IMG/VR virus record: IMGVR_UViG_3300025646_000015
Coordinates: 1-64,000 of that record
Reading direction: 5' to 3' (one strand)
DNA: 64,000 nt
Origin: a virus
A program made the translations under genes and the position numbers. How positions within the stretch are numbered: the stretch's first letter is position 1; every line of letters begins with the position of its first letter. The notes beneath the pieces are model-generated. The model saw nothing but the letters and a program-made list of their open reading frames with translations. It did not search any database and was not told the DNA's origin. This document shows, one piece after another, positions 50,155-59,548 of this stretch.

Positions 50155-51055
50155 CTAGCACCTTTCCTAGTAAAATTTTATGAGTTAATAACTGTATGTT
50201 TTGAATTAATCCATAAAAATCAGAACTATCTTTGTGAAAAATTTGAGAACAGACAGATTGTATTCTCTGAGTCTGATTCTCAGCTTCTAAAATCCAATTT
50301 TCATTGGTCATGATGTCTGAGACAGCCTGCCATGCAACCCTTTTTATCAACCAAGATTTTGTAACTTGATGTTTTTTTAAATAATGTTTTACCGAAAAAC
50401 ACGGGTTGTAAAATATTTTACCACCAGAATCATAAATTTTATTTAATAAATCGTTCTCTTCTGAACTAAGTAGGCCGAGATTATCACCTTTTCTGCCCAA
50501 GGATAAATCAAAGCCGCCAAATTCTAATATTTTAGCCTTTTTGATCAATAGATTTGCTCCAACCAGCCACCTAGCTTGAGTTTTGTAATCTAAAATAGCA
50601 TTGCCAAAATCCAAGATAGATAACATTGGATAAAGCTCTTCAAAAAACCAATCTGGCTTCGAAACAAAAGACCAATCTGGCAAAGCCTTGCCCCCAATGG
50701 CATCTGGGTTATTCATATTTTTGATGGCTTCTTTGACCTTTATTGAGAAATCTCCATAAATAGAGACATCATCATCCAGAAAATGAATATATTCGGTTTT
50801 GCAATAATCAACACATATATTTCTTGAATCAGATAATCCGTTGCATTCAGAATGAAGGTAGAAGAAATTCGGAAAGTTGGAAATAATATTTTTCACGTCT
50901 TCTAAATAAATAAAATTATCATCCTGAATTAAATTAGCAGGAGTGTTGTCATGAACAAATACATTGAAATCCAAATCTTTTTGCATGACCAAGTCTTGCA
51001 TTATCCCTTTTAAATGAAAATAATTATTATATGTAGATATAGCAAAAGTTATCAT
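50147..51055 (-). CDS. GT2 glycosyltransferase
   Basis: ISTYN, GLSDSRN, FLDDD, GAN, GGFD, EE. Confidence 0.9.
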   Translation of the reverse strand: MITFAISTYNNYFHLKGIMQDLVMQKDLDFNVFVHDNTPANLIQDDNFIYLEDVKNIISNFPNFFYLHSECNGLSDSRNICVDYCKTEYIHFLDDDVSIYGDFSIKVKEAIKNMNNPDAIGGKALPDWSFVSKPDWFFEELYPMLSILDFGNAILDYKTQARWLVGANLLIKKAKILEFGGFDLSLGRKGDNLGLLSSEENDLLNKIYDSGGKIFYNPCFSVKHYLKKHQVTKSWLIKRVAWQAVSDIMTNENWILEAENQTQRIQSVCSQIFHKDSSDFYGLIQNIQLLTHKILLGKVLDE

Positions 51056-51158
51056 TGGAGCAAGTGAGGGAATCGAACTAGTAGATGATTTTGTTTTAAA
51101 AAAAATTTTAGTTAACTGGAGTATATATAATATATATTTTTCACACAACTTCTAATTT

Positions 51159-51175
51159 TTGGCAGAATTAATGCA
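51159..51175 (+). promoter_or_regulatory. sigma54 (-24/-12) promoter of hsp20
   Basis: TTGGCAGAATTAATGCA, i.e. GG-N10-GC. Confidence 0.65.
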
Positions 51176-51253
51176 ACAATAATATTGAAGTGCTCAAAAC
51201 GAGGCTTTGATGTAGACAAAATGTCGCATGCAACTAAAAAAAATATAAATACA

Positions 51254-51730
51254 ATGACAAAATTACACATAAGAAGCAATCTTCCTAGTGGAAACTTAAT
51301 TACTAGAGAAGAATTTTTAACACCGTTTGATTCTATTTTCGATAGCATCATACAAAAAACAATACCTTCTTTTTCCGAAGAGTTTGGGATTAGTTTTTTT
51401 GGAAATAACAGCTACCCAAAAGTAGATGTAATCGATCACGAAGATAAAATAACGATTGAAGCAGAAATCCCAGGGCTATCAAAAGAAGATGTATCTGTTG
51501 ACTTAGAAGATAATATCTTGTCTATTACTGGATCAAAAAGAAGCCAGCAAGAAGATAGGGAAAAAAAATACATCAGAAGAGAGCTTAAAAGATCAAGTTT
51601 TAAAAGATCATTTCAGCTTGGAGAAAATTTTAAAACAAAAAATATTAAAGCTGACTTTAAAGATGGTATATTATTAGTAATAGTACCCAAAAAAGAGCCA
51701 GAAAAGCCTAAAAAAATAAAGATATTATAA
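51254..51730 (+). CDS. Hsp20 small heat-shock protein
   Basis: PKVDV, EAEIPGL, RRELKRSSFKRSFQL, ADFKDGIL. Confidence 0.95.
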   Translation: MTKLHIRSNLPSGNLITREEFLTPFDSIFDSIIQKTIPSFSEEFGISFFGNNSYPKVDVIDHEDKITIEAEIPGLSKEDVSVDLEDNILSITGSKRSQQEDREKKYIRRELKRSSFKRSFQLGENFKTKNIKADFKDGILLVIVPKKEPEKPKKIKIL

Positions 51731-52531
51731 TCAAGCCCCTTCGGGGGCTTTTTTGTGCAAAGATAGCTTGTTGTAAATTTTTGCAAATTGAATCCTGCGA
51801 TCATAAGTTGTTAAAGTATGTTCATCACTTGAGTCATGACAGAATTTGTGAGACAAGTGAACCAGCTTGCTTTCAAAAACTAAAGAGGGTATATGTATAT
51901 TATAAGGCTCTTTAGGCAAATTTGGTTCTCCTACATAAGTATTATTAAATTTATAAAATATTCTATCATCCAGTCCTTTTTTAAAAATAGCCATAAGAAA
52001 ATCTTGATCTGTAAAAAATTTCCTGAAGCCATGAACTGGATCTTTTATTAGAGAAACTCGGTGACAATGTTTGATAATATCTTCTTTGTTTTCAAAAAGA
52101 TAATCTATGTAGGAAAAGAAATTGACTGCATTTCCAGACATAAAGCAAGGGCAGGCTCTATGAAACCATGTTAAAGATGATGGATTTGATGTAATGTCAG
52201 AAGGAGAAAGAGAAATATTAAAAATATCACAATCAGAAAAAAGAGAAAAATCCTTGCAAAAATATGCAAAAGCTAAATGCTCCAAGTGTGTTGCCATGTG
52301 ATAGCTATGTTCTTCTACTTTTTGTCCAGAAGCATGAAAGTGGATGTATTTCACAAAATCACAGTACTTTTTATAAAGAGGCTTGTCTTGAATCATGGCT
52401 TTATTTAAGATAATTGGTTCAAACCCTAAATTGCTCCAATTTTTTTGCCAAAGCTTTAAAAAAGACGTAGCCTTTTCAATATAATTTATGTTTTTGAAGT
52501 TAGTGAATTGGTGATATGTATAAATTTTCAT
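51731..52531 (-). CDS. putative glycosyl/phosphotransferase (DxD)
   Basis: WQKNWSNLGFEPIIL, SDCD, TDQD. Confidence 0.55.
   Translation of the reverse strand: MKIYTYHQFTNFKNINYIEKATSFLKLWQKNWSNLGFEPIILNKAMIQDKPLYKKYCDFVKYIHFHASGQKVEEHSYHMATHLEHLAFAYFCKDFSLFSDCDIFNISLSPSDITSNPSSLTWFHRACPCFMSGNAVNFFSYIDYLFENKEDIIKHCHRVSLIKDPVHGFRKFFTDQDFLMAIFKKGLDDRIFYKFNNTYVGEPNLPKEPYNIHIPSLVFESKLVHLSHKFCHDSSDEHTLTTYDRRIQFAKIYNKLSLHKKAPEGA
51733..51754 (+). terminator. intrinsic terminator
   Basis: AAGCCCC-UUCG-GGGGCUU followed by a U tract. Confidence 0.85.
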
Positions 52532-52535
52532 AAAA

Positions 52536-52946
52536 TGGTGGAGGTGGCGGGAGTTGAACCCGCGTCCTGATCGCCTGCAACGATCACATCTACAAGTTTA
52601 GTTGATTTTTTTTATAGTTAAGATATCAACATCCAACTAGCCATTTCAATTATTTACAGTTTATGATATGGATAAATTTTTATCTGTTTTGGCAGATTAG
52701 TGACCCCGCAATCTTAATATCTGCGTCAAAAGTTGCGAGGGGGCAGCTTTCAAGCTACCATCTCAAGCTCTTCAGCTTGCTCGAATTGTACGAGATTGTC
52801 GTACTCTTCACGAGCAGCTTCAAGAAGCTCTTCTATGCTATAATAACCTTCGGCATGTATAGCTTGTGTGTCTTGATATCGGAGCCTGACACATCTCCGA
52901 CTTGCAGTGAAAGAATTCGAACGTCAGTCAAATCCAGAACACCCCC
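52536..52946 (-). ncRNA. ssrA: tmRNA
   Basis: 5' GGGGGUG / 3' CACCUCC-ACCA with G3-U; T-arm GCGGG-UUCAACU-CCCGC; internal tag ORF 52750..52854. Confidence 0.95.
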
Positions 52947-53029
52947 ATAAAATTTTAAAGAACTAAATATAGTTTACACTTTATTTATAGTAACAAAAGA
53001 TAAAATAAAGTCAAGTTTCCCATAGTGTT

Positions 53030-53617
53030 TCATAATTTCTCAGCTATAGTGTTTAAACGGTCTTTCTTTTTTACAGAATAACCATACTGTTTTAATTTTT
53101 CTACACAAGGTTTATATACTTCACCTTTTAGCTCGTTGATTCTTGGATATCCGTCGGCATGTAAATGCTCAAACTCAATATACTTAATATCAAATTTATC
53201 TAAATTAAAGTTTAATAAAATTTCACAATCGGAACCTTCAGCGTCAATATAAAGTCTATCACATTCTGTTATATTATTAAGTTTAAAAAATTCATCTAAA
53301 GTAAAACATTCAACTTCTATTTCAAAAATGCTTTCATGGTTATGTGCTGTTAAATGTTGCCTATTAATTGAAGAGTGCTGGATTTTTGATATATTAGTAG
53401 GAACAAACATCTTAATAACTTTTTTATTCGCTACAGGGGATATAGCTATATTAAAAATTTTAAAGTTTTTTATGTTTTTATATGCCTCTTTAATGTGTGG
53501 GTTACACATGGATAAAGGTTCTATAAGGTAAACCTTTTCAATTTCATCTTTGTGATTTATAACATATTTGTGACAATCATCTAAAGAATTATTAGTGCCT
53601 ACTTGTACTATTTTCAT
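53030..53617 (-). CDS. FkbM methyltransferase
   Basis: VQVG, LIEP, IDAEGSD, IEFEH. Confidence 0.9.
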   Translation of the reverse strand: MKIVQVGTNNSLDDCHKYVINHKDEIEKVYLIEPLSMCNPHIKEAYKNIKNFKIFNIAISPVANKKVIKMFVPTNISKIQHSSINRQHLTAHNHESIFEIEVECFTLDEFFKLNNITECDRLYIDAEGSDCEILLNFNLDKFDIKYIEFEHLHADGYPRINELKGEVYKPCVEKLKQYGYSVKKKDRLNTIAEKL

Positions 53618-53762
53618 ATTAATAATTTATTAAAATTGTTGATTAAAAATTTACTTTTTGTAAATTCAAGTCTATCTTAGGATTACACCGAATTCCATTT
53701 TTTTAACTATATCTATAGTTTATTAAAATTTTTTTATACTATAGATTATTCAATTTTCTAAA

Positions 53763-54377
53763 TTATTCTCCAAATTCATAACCAAAATACTCAATGTCTC
53801 GTGCATACTTTTCTGCGACAATCTCGCGAGTTTCATCATCGTAGTATTCGGTGTAGTGTTTGTGGTTGGTTTTGTTAACATGTGGTAGGCTCTGAAAAGG
53901 AAGTCCAAGCGAAAAGCTTATTTCATCAAAGCTTTTTTGAAGAGATTCGTATTTAAATATTAAATCACATCCTTTCGCAAAATCTATTACATTCATTGAA
54001 ATAGGAGGCCACACGCTAAGATGTTTTTTTACAAATTCCCTAAAAGAGACAGACCCTACATTGAACCTTGAAGTTGAGTTGAAACCATAGCTCCATGCCG
54101 AGACCAAACGTGAATAAGGATTGCGAGAAAAACAGAATTTAAAGTAGTTACCGAGGTTTTTATATGTTTCTGGGAAAAGCTTGCCTAGCTCATGCATTGG
54201 TATATGATGGGGACAATAATTAATATTTGTTTTTGAGTGAATAAAATTTAAAAATTCTCCTTGACTAAGTCCATGATATAAATCTTTTTCTGTCAAACCA
54301 AGTCCAACAATTAATGAAGAACTGCCAGTTTTCGGGTAACGCAAAAATATATATTTATGTTTTTCAGAGATGATCAT
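53763..54377 (-). CDS. sulfotransferase family 2
   Basis: PKTGSSS, RNPYSRLVS, HYTEYYD. Confidence 0.92.
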   Translation of the reverse strand: MIISEKHKYIFLRYPKTGSSSLIVGLGLTEKDLYHGLSQGEFLNFIHSKTNINYCPHHIPMHELGKLFPETYKNLGNYFKFCFSRNPYSRLVSAWSYGFNSTSRFNVGSVSFREFVKKHLSVWPPISMNVIDFAKGCDLIFKYESLQKSFDEISFSLGLPFQSLPHVNKTNHKHYTEYYDDETREIVAEKYARDIEYFGYEFGE

Positions 54378-54379
54378 GT

Positions 54380-55183
54380 TTAAAACCCAAGTAGTTTTTG
54401 AAATTTATTATAATCCACAAAATCTTCTAATGTATTGCTATTAGAATCGTTTTGTGCGATATTAATTAATTGTCGTTTATTTGACATCCATTTCCTTCCT
54501 GTCCAAACTTGTACTCCTTTAATGTAAGATTTGTATTGAGAGGGTGTTTCGCTATACACTCCGATGTATAAGTATTTGAAGTTAAAGCGTTTACAAAGCT
54601 CGACTTCTAAATGGTTGGATAAATTGCCGAGAGATAATTGTGGCTCAGAGTAGTCCCAAAAAAATAAACCCGAAACTAAAGAGTGACCAACTTGAGTCAT
54701 TGCGGTACAGGCAATTATTTCATCGTTTAGATAAAACAAAATGAAATGACTACTATCATCAACAACATATTTAAGAAAATTTTCTTTATCTAATATATCT
54801 TTGTAATTTTTGTGTGTTACATAGTTGTTATATATAGAATAAAGTTTATCTTTTATTTGATCTCTATCTGATTTTATATTTAAATCGCCAATAGTAATGT
54901 ATTTGTAAGAAAAATTATTTAATTTTAATGCTTTTAAGTGCTTACTTTTTGCGCGGAACTTTTCGCATTCGATTCTTGCGCTTCTTAATTGACACCAAAT
55001 TTGTTTATTATTTGCTTCACTTTCGTTCACAAATTCGCAATCGTTGGTATAGAAATATGTGGGTAGCCAACCCGTAGCTAGGGCTTCATCCTCTTCGCCA
55101 CTATCAACCCAAGCAGAAATAAGAGTATAATTAAAGTCTGTATCAGCTTGCTTAGAAATAACATGGTCATAAAATATTTTCAT
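54380..55183 (-). CDS. ATE/Bpt-family aminoacyl-tRNA-protein transferase
   Basis: ALATGW..RSARI; FFWDY..LSLG..EVE..YLYIG..YK. Confidence 0.75.
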   Translation of the reverse strand: MKIFYDHVISKQADTDFNYTLISAWVDSGEEDEALATGWLPTYFYTNDCEFVNESEANNKQIWCQLRSARIECEKFRAKSKHLKALKLNNFSYKYITIGDLNIKSDRDQIKDKLYSIYNNYVTHKNYKDILDKENFLKYVVDDSSHFILFYLNDEIIACTAMTQVGHSLVSGLFFWDYSEPQLSLGNLSNHLEVELCKRFNFKYLYIGVYSETPSQYKSYIKGVQVWTGRKWMSNKRQLINIAQNDSNSNTLEDFVDYNKFQKLLGF

Positions 55184-55199
55184 TCTACATTGATGTTTT

Positions 55200-55802
55200 T
55201 TATTTTTGGTTATTTAATAATGAACCAATTAAATCAAATGTTTTTTCATTCTTTGTAAGAACCCCAAGACCATGAGAATGCTTAAAATTAAAATTATAAA
55301 ATTCATCTTTGATCTCATCAAAAAATCTTCCTACATCCTTTGGAAATGAAATTGTGTCGTGAAATAAAATTAAAGCATCTTCGTTACAATGATCAATCCA
55401 GTTTGTGAAATCTGATTTTACAGCATCGTATGTATGAAGTCCGTCAATGTGTAAAATATCTATTTTTTTATTCCAAGTTTTAGATAGTTCGGTGAAATCA
55501 CTTTTTATAATTTCTACATTATCTATGTCATAGTGTGATTCCATGTCCGATTGTAAATTTTTAACAATTTCATACGTGTTTCTATATTTTGCGTGTTCAT
55601 CACCTTGAAACCAATCGACTCCATAAACTTTTCCAATTTTTGGTTGGGCAAAGCAAAAAGTGGAAAATCCGTAGTCAACTCCAAGATCAACTACAATATC
55701 TGGTTTTAAAATTTCAACCAAATTCATTGCAAATTCTCCGTGACCCATCCATGCAGTTCCATGCACACTTATTAATTTTTTAATGTATTTAACTCTGCTC
55801 AT
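55200..55802 (-). CDS. class I SAM methyltransferase (Methyltransf_24-like)
   Basis: VDLGVDYGFS, IDILHIDGLHTY, FHD. Confidence 0.9.
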   Translation of the reverse strand: MSRVKYIKKLISVHGTAWMGHGEFAMNLVEILKPDIVVDLGVDYGFSTFCFAQPKIGKVYGVDWFQGDEHAKYRNTYEIVKNLQSDMESHYDIDNVEIIKSDFTELSKTWNKKIDILHIDGLHTYDAVKSDFTNWIDHCNEDALILFHDTISFPKDVGRFFDEIKDEFYNFNFKHSHGLGVLTKNEKTFDLIGSLLNNQK

Positions 55803-55832
55803 TATATTTTATATTTTAAATTGTATTGTTTA

Positions 55833-56510
55833 TCAATTGGAGAACAACCAAAACTCAGCACTGTAGAATGGGGACTGCTTTAATTTACAATCTGAATATT
55901 TATTTAATTGTACATACTTAATAGGACAGGGCAGACTTTTTAGATGATCGGAAGTTGACCACCAAAAATTACCGCTGTAATGGTTGCCACGAAAATCTAT
56001 ACCAGTATGGTTTTTGTTATTCAAATCTTTTTGGCACTTTCTCCAATTTGTTATTAAAGTGTTAGACATTGCTAATCTCCAATCCTCTCGGCTGTTGTAA
56101 TACATATGAGCGCCAGAATGCACAGAGCCTTTTCCGTGAAGATATAATATATTCGCAGGATTTTTTAACGCATTAATTTGATCATGCATGAATTTAAGAG
56201 TGTCAGCCTCAAGCCCTGTTTTACCAATTAGAAGTCTGTGATTATTTTCAATCTCAATGGGAGTGAATGAACTTATATACTCCCGCAATTCTTGATTAAG
56301 ATATTGATGCAAATTTATTTTAGACAATTTACTTGCAAATGTTTGTTGAATATTATGCCTATGCTCTTGCATATTTGCCCCAATAATATTAATGTGTAAT
56401 TTGTTTATATTTTCATACAAATCTGACTTTATAATTTCATCTAATGTTCTAGAAAGTATATCGAAAGATTTATCTGTACAAAAGTAATGATAGTAAATTA
56501 TTTTATTCAT
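55833..56510 (-). CDS. putative glycosyltransferase
   Basis: ILYLHGKG, DWR, YSGNFWW, AEFW. Confidence 0.6.
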   Translation of the reverse strand: MNKIIYYHYFCTDKSFDILSRTLDEIIKSDLYENINKLHINIIGANMQEHRHNIQQTFASKLSKINLHQYLNQELREYISSFTPIEIENNHRLLIGKTGLEADTLKFMHDQINALKNPANILYLHGKGSVHSGAHMYYNSREDWRLAMSNTLITNWRKCQKDLNNKNHTGIDFRGNHYSGNFWWSTSDHLKSLPCPIKYVQLNKYSDCKLKQSPFYSAEFWLFSN

Positions 56511-57046
56511 TCTACATTATATATTTCTGTATTGGGTTTAGGTATAAATTTTACACTATCATTTACTATATGATCATCCCATATGATCTTATTTGTTGGT
56601 TGCGCGGCAAAATTGCCCTCGTTTAATTTGATAAAATGAAATGGTTTGTAAAACTTTGGGTCTTCTGCTCGATCTGAGCCATAAGGTTCTAAGGTAAACA
56701 TATATTGACCATGATGAAATTCTTTATTTTCATCAAAAAACTTACAATTCATATATTTGAGATAGTCGTATTCAATAACACTGTTAGAATAGCTAAATGA
56801 ATCATAAGTCATTAAGAATGATAAATCTCTTTGTGGAGCTTCCTTGAGCCAGCAAAAGGCATGTAAGGGTAACTTTGTATATACCGCGCCATTTTCAATC
56901 ATAGCTACAAATGTCATAGCTTGATTTTTGATTGTATGGACGCCGAAAATTACACAATTTAAATGATCGGGTATATCTTCAGAATTAGAAACAAATTCTC
57001 TCCTCAAAAAGCATTTGATTGCTGGAGTGTTATTGCATAACTTCAC
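56507..57046 (-). CDS. conserved phage hypothetical protein
   Basis: ENGAVYTKLPLHAF, GNFAAQPTNK. Confidence 0.75.
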   Translation of the reverse strand: MKLCNNTPAIKCFLRREFVSNSEDIPDHLNCVIFGVHTIKNQAMTFVAMIENGAVYTKLPLHAFCWLKEAPQRDLSFLMTYDSFSYSNSVIEYDYLKYMNCKFFDENKEFHHGQYMFTLEPYGSDRAEDPKFYKPFHFIKLNEGNFAAQPTNKIIWDDHIVNDSVKFIPKPNTEIYNVE

Positions 57047-57744
57047 ACATCTTTAGGTTTTTTTTTCTTTTGCGCTTTTTTATATGCTTCTGGATCTGGG
57101 CGATCTTTATCTCCAGGTTTTGCTGGACGATAGTTTTTACCTTCCCTTTTTTTCTTTTCTCTAATGTTATGCCAAAGGCCTTTGCCTTCAGCCTCTGATT
57201 TCTCTTTAGGTTCTTCTTCTTTTTTGGAATCTTTATCTTCTGCTTTCTTGGGATCTTTGCCCTGTTTTTTTAAAATTTTCTTTTGCATTTCTGGGGGAAG
57301 TTTTTTTTGCTGCTCAGTTAATTCGGCATCAGATTCATCTAAATAATTTAAGAGATCTTCATAAGTTTCTTCGGAACCCTTTGTGACTTTAGTAACACTT
57401 TTCTTGCTCCACATTTTACATGACCAATAGCGGGCTTTTGTTTTTGGTCCTGGATTTTCACAATTATGTCTCGCGCGAAAAGATTTCCTGCGCTCAGGAC
57501 TGTCTCTTTTGATTTCCATATTGGGGTCTCCAAAATTAACTTTAACGACATTACCCTTTTCGTTTTTCACATAGACCGAAAACTTCTTTGGTCCGCCTGG
57601 TGTACGAAAAGGTTTGTTTAAAGTCTTGCCCTTTGTTTTTTCTTCGGCCCAAGCTTCTTCGCCAATTTCTTCTTCGTTCCCAACTTCGGCAGCAAACGCT
57701 TTCTTGATTTCTGAGGAAAAATCTATTTCATGTTTGTAATTCAT
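57043..57744 (-). CDS. conserved basic phage protein (DUF6321-like)
   Basis: KKFSVYVKN..FGDPNM..RRKSFRARHNC..ARYWSC; GLWHNI. Confidence 0.8.
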   Translation of the reverse strand: MNYKHEIDFSSEIKKAFAAEVGNEEEIGEEAWAEEKTKGKTLNKPFRTPGGPKKFSVYVKNEKGNVVKVNFGDPNMEIKRDSPERRKSFRARHNCENPGPKTKARYWSCKMWSKKSVTKVTKGSEETYEDLLNYLDESDAELTEQQKKLPPEMQKKILKKQGKDPKKAEDKDSKKEEEPKEKSEAEGKGLWHNIREKKKREGKNYRPAKPGDKDRPDPEAYKKAQKKKKPKDV

Positions 57745-57760
57745 GTGTAATATATATTGG

Positions 57761-58066
57761 ATGGTAATAATTGATTCAAGATTAACTGCTCCACCTAGTG
57801 AAGTGTGTCTCTTTAGAGAAATTACACTATTCACGCGAGCTTTTCTGCAAGAAAATATAGTTTTAGAATGCAGAAGGGAAGAAAGAGATTTTTACTATAA
57901 ATGGTTGAAAAATAAAGCGGCATGGGATTATGTTGAGGATTTTATACAACCAAAATCTGAAAACGGGAGAATTTCTATAAGAACTAAAGATGGAGATATA
58001 ACCATAGATAGAATTAACTATCAAAATATAAATTTTATATTGCAAAGATTAGGCATATGGACATAG
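57761..58066 (+). CDS. hypothetical protein
   Basis: GTGTAA 10 nt before ATG 57761. Confidence 0.6.
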   Translation: MVIIDSRLTAPPSEVCLFREITLFTRAFLQENIVLECRREERDFYYKWLKNKAAWDYVEDFIQPKSENGRISIRTKDGDITIDRINYQNINFILQRLGIWT

Positions 58067-58257
58067 GCAAAGAAAGATTATTGCATTTTATAGTTTTTTT
58101 ATGTTTCATGCTTATTTATATATGTTATGAAAAAAATAAAGAAAACGAAAAATTAAAAGACATGGTATACGAAGCAGAAAAAACCATTGGCATACAAAAC
58201 CAAGTTATTATTAATCAGAAACATTACATAGAGGCAATTAATAAATTTATAAATTAA
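58057..58257 (+). CDS. small membrane protein
   Basis: TM plus coiled coil. Confidence 0.55.
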   Translation: MDIGKERLLHFIVFLCFMLIYICYEKNKENEKLKDMVYEAEKTIGIQNQVIINQKHYIEAINKFIN

Positions 58258-58790
58258 CGATATTCTTTTTTTAAGAGTCTCCACCTGTCGGAGTCAATTG
58301 GTTTATCTCCTGAATCTATAGAATTAATCATGTTAATAACCTCTTCTATTGAGTTATATATATATTTATGAGGAATCATGCCAAACATCCATAATGGGGT
58401 TTTTACTTTACCGCCTTCGATGCTAATAAAAATTGGTTTTTTCATCCTTACAGCAGTCACAATTTCTTCTGCACTACCCCAACTTGCGACTTCTGGAACT
58501 AAATGAGCAATAATAAAATCACTTCTATCTACTAAATTTAGATCATAAGATCTTATAGTCTTTAGTTTTTCTGAAAGTACATCATATTTTTTATTTTTTA
58601 ATAAAAAGTCCATTTCTGTTCGAGAGTTTTCACTCTCATCAACGTCTTTCACAAAAGGTTTATCGTATGGATTAAAGCATAAAATATTAAGTTTGCTCAA
58701 CTCTTTAGTAACTTCTTTTCTCCAATTTCTTCCATTAAGATACTGCATATGTCCAACCAAATAAACTTTGGTTTTCTGCAATAAATTCAT
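58254..58790 (-). CDS. nucleoside 2-deoxyribosyltransferase-like protein
   Basis: VYLVG, WR, FNP, DLNLVDRSD, SWGSAEE. Confidence 0.8.
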   Translation of the reverse strand: MNLLQKTKVYLVGHMQYLNGRNWRKEVTKELSKLNILCFNPYDKPFVKDVDESENSRTEMDFLLKNKKYDVLSEKLKTIRSYDLNLVDRSDFIIAHLVPEVASWGSAEEIVTAVRMKKPIFISIEGGKVKTPLWMFGMIPHKYIYNSIEEVINMINSIDSGDKPIDSDRWRLLKKEYR

Positions 58791-58793
58791 ACT

Positions 58794-59543
58794 TTAATTT
58801 TTTAAAAGTTTGATTATCTCCCTAGCTATTTTAGGGGGTATATCTTCATAAGAAGACCAAGAAGATGGATCAAATTCTTTAAGATCAATGATATAGATAC
58901 CGTCTTTATGCCATTGCCTTAATTGATCTAGGAAATTTTCAAAACTTGAAAGACCGAATGCCTCCGCACTGGATTTCACGAAACCTTGAGGCGTTAGTGA
59001 TGAAGATGGATTTGATAATGAAGGATTAGATAAACCTGACTTATCAATTTCATCGTCTCCGACAATATGGATATTAAGAAAATTTCTAACACATCTCACA
59101 AAAGCTCGATTACAAGCAATTGTCTCTAAAAACTTAGTGGCAAAACTGCTGGTATTATTTAATGTAGCATTTGCCGCGTCTTGGAATAAAACAGATTCAA
59201 AACTTGTTTCATAATTAGGAAGAAACTCTATAGAGCATAAAACTGAAACATGAAAGTCTTCGCACTTAATAAAGTCATATTTTACACTTTTAAAACCTCG
59301 AAGCTTTGCCAATTCTTTTATGCCTCCTAATTTAATTAACAACTGATGGTCTTCTAATCCATCAATAGATTTAGGCATAGGTTTCTTTCTTAGTTCAAAC
59401 CAACTCTTGTTTGGGAATAAGAATTCATCTTTAACCATCGCTCTCCAATTGACAGAGCCATCTTCAGAAAAATTATAATTATAATCTTTTATTAGCCCCC
59501 TGTCGTCACGCTGGAAATTTAATTTTAATTGATTTTCTTGCAT
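58794..59543 (-). CDS. hypothetical protein, possibly Rad52-like annealing protein
   Basis: ETIACNRAFVRCVRNFLNI. Confidence 0.5.
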   Translation of the reverse strand: MQENQLKLNFQRDDRGLIKDYNYNFSEDGSVNWRAMVKDEFLFPNKSWFELRKKPMPKSIDGLEDHQLLIKLGGIKELAKLRGFKSVKYDFIKCEDFHVSVLCSIEFLPNYETSFESVLFQDAANATLNNTSSFATKFLETIACNRAFVRCVRNFLNIHIVGDDEIDKSGLSNPSLSNPSSSLTPQGFVKSSAEAFGLSSFENFLDQLRQWHKDGIYIIDLKEFDPSSWSSYEDIPPKIAREIIKLLKN

Positions 59544-59548
59544 AATAT

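Noticed and set aside
53711-53747. ATCTATAGT/ACTATAGAT inverted repeat
   Set aside because: Short, AT-rich and single copy; compatible with chance
878-58045. Track ORFs antisense to or nested in larger genes (e.g. 878, 1671, 4574, 5699, 12983, 14191, 27370, 35362, 47622, 52663)
   Set aside because: They shadow motif-supported genes or ncRNAs, have atypical composition and lack expression signals
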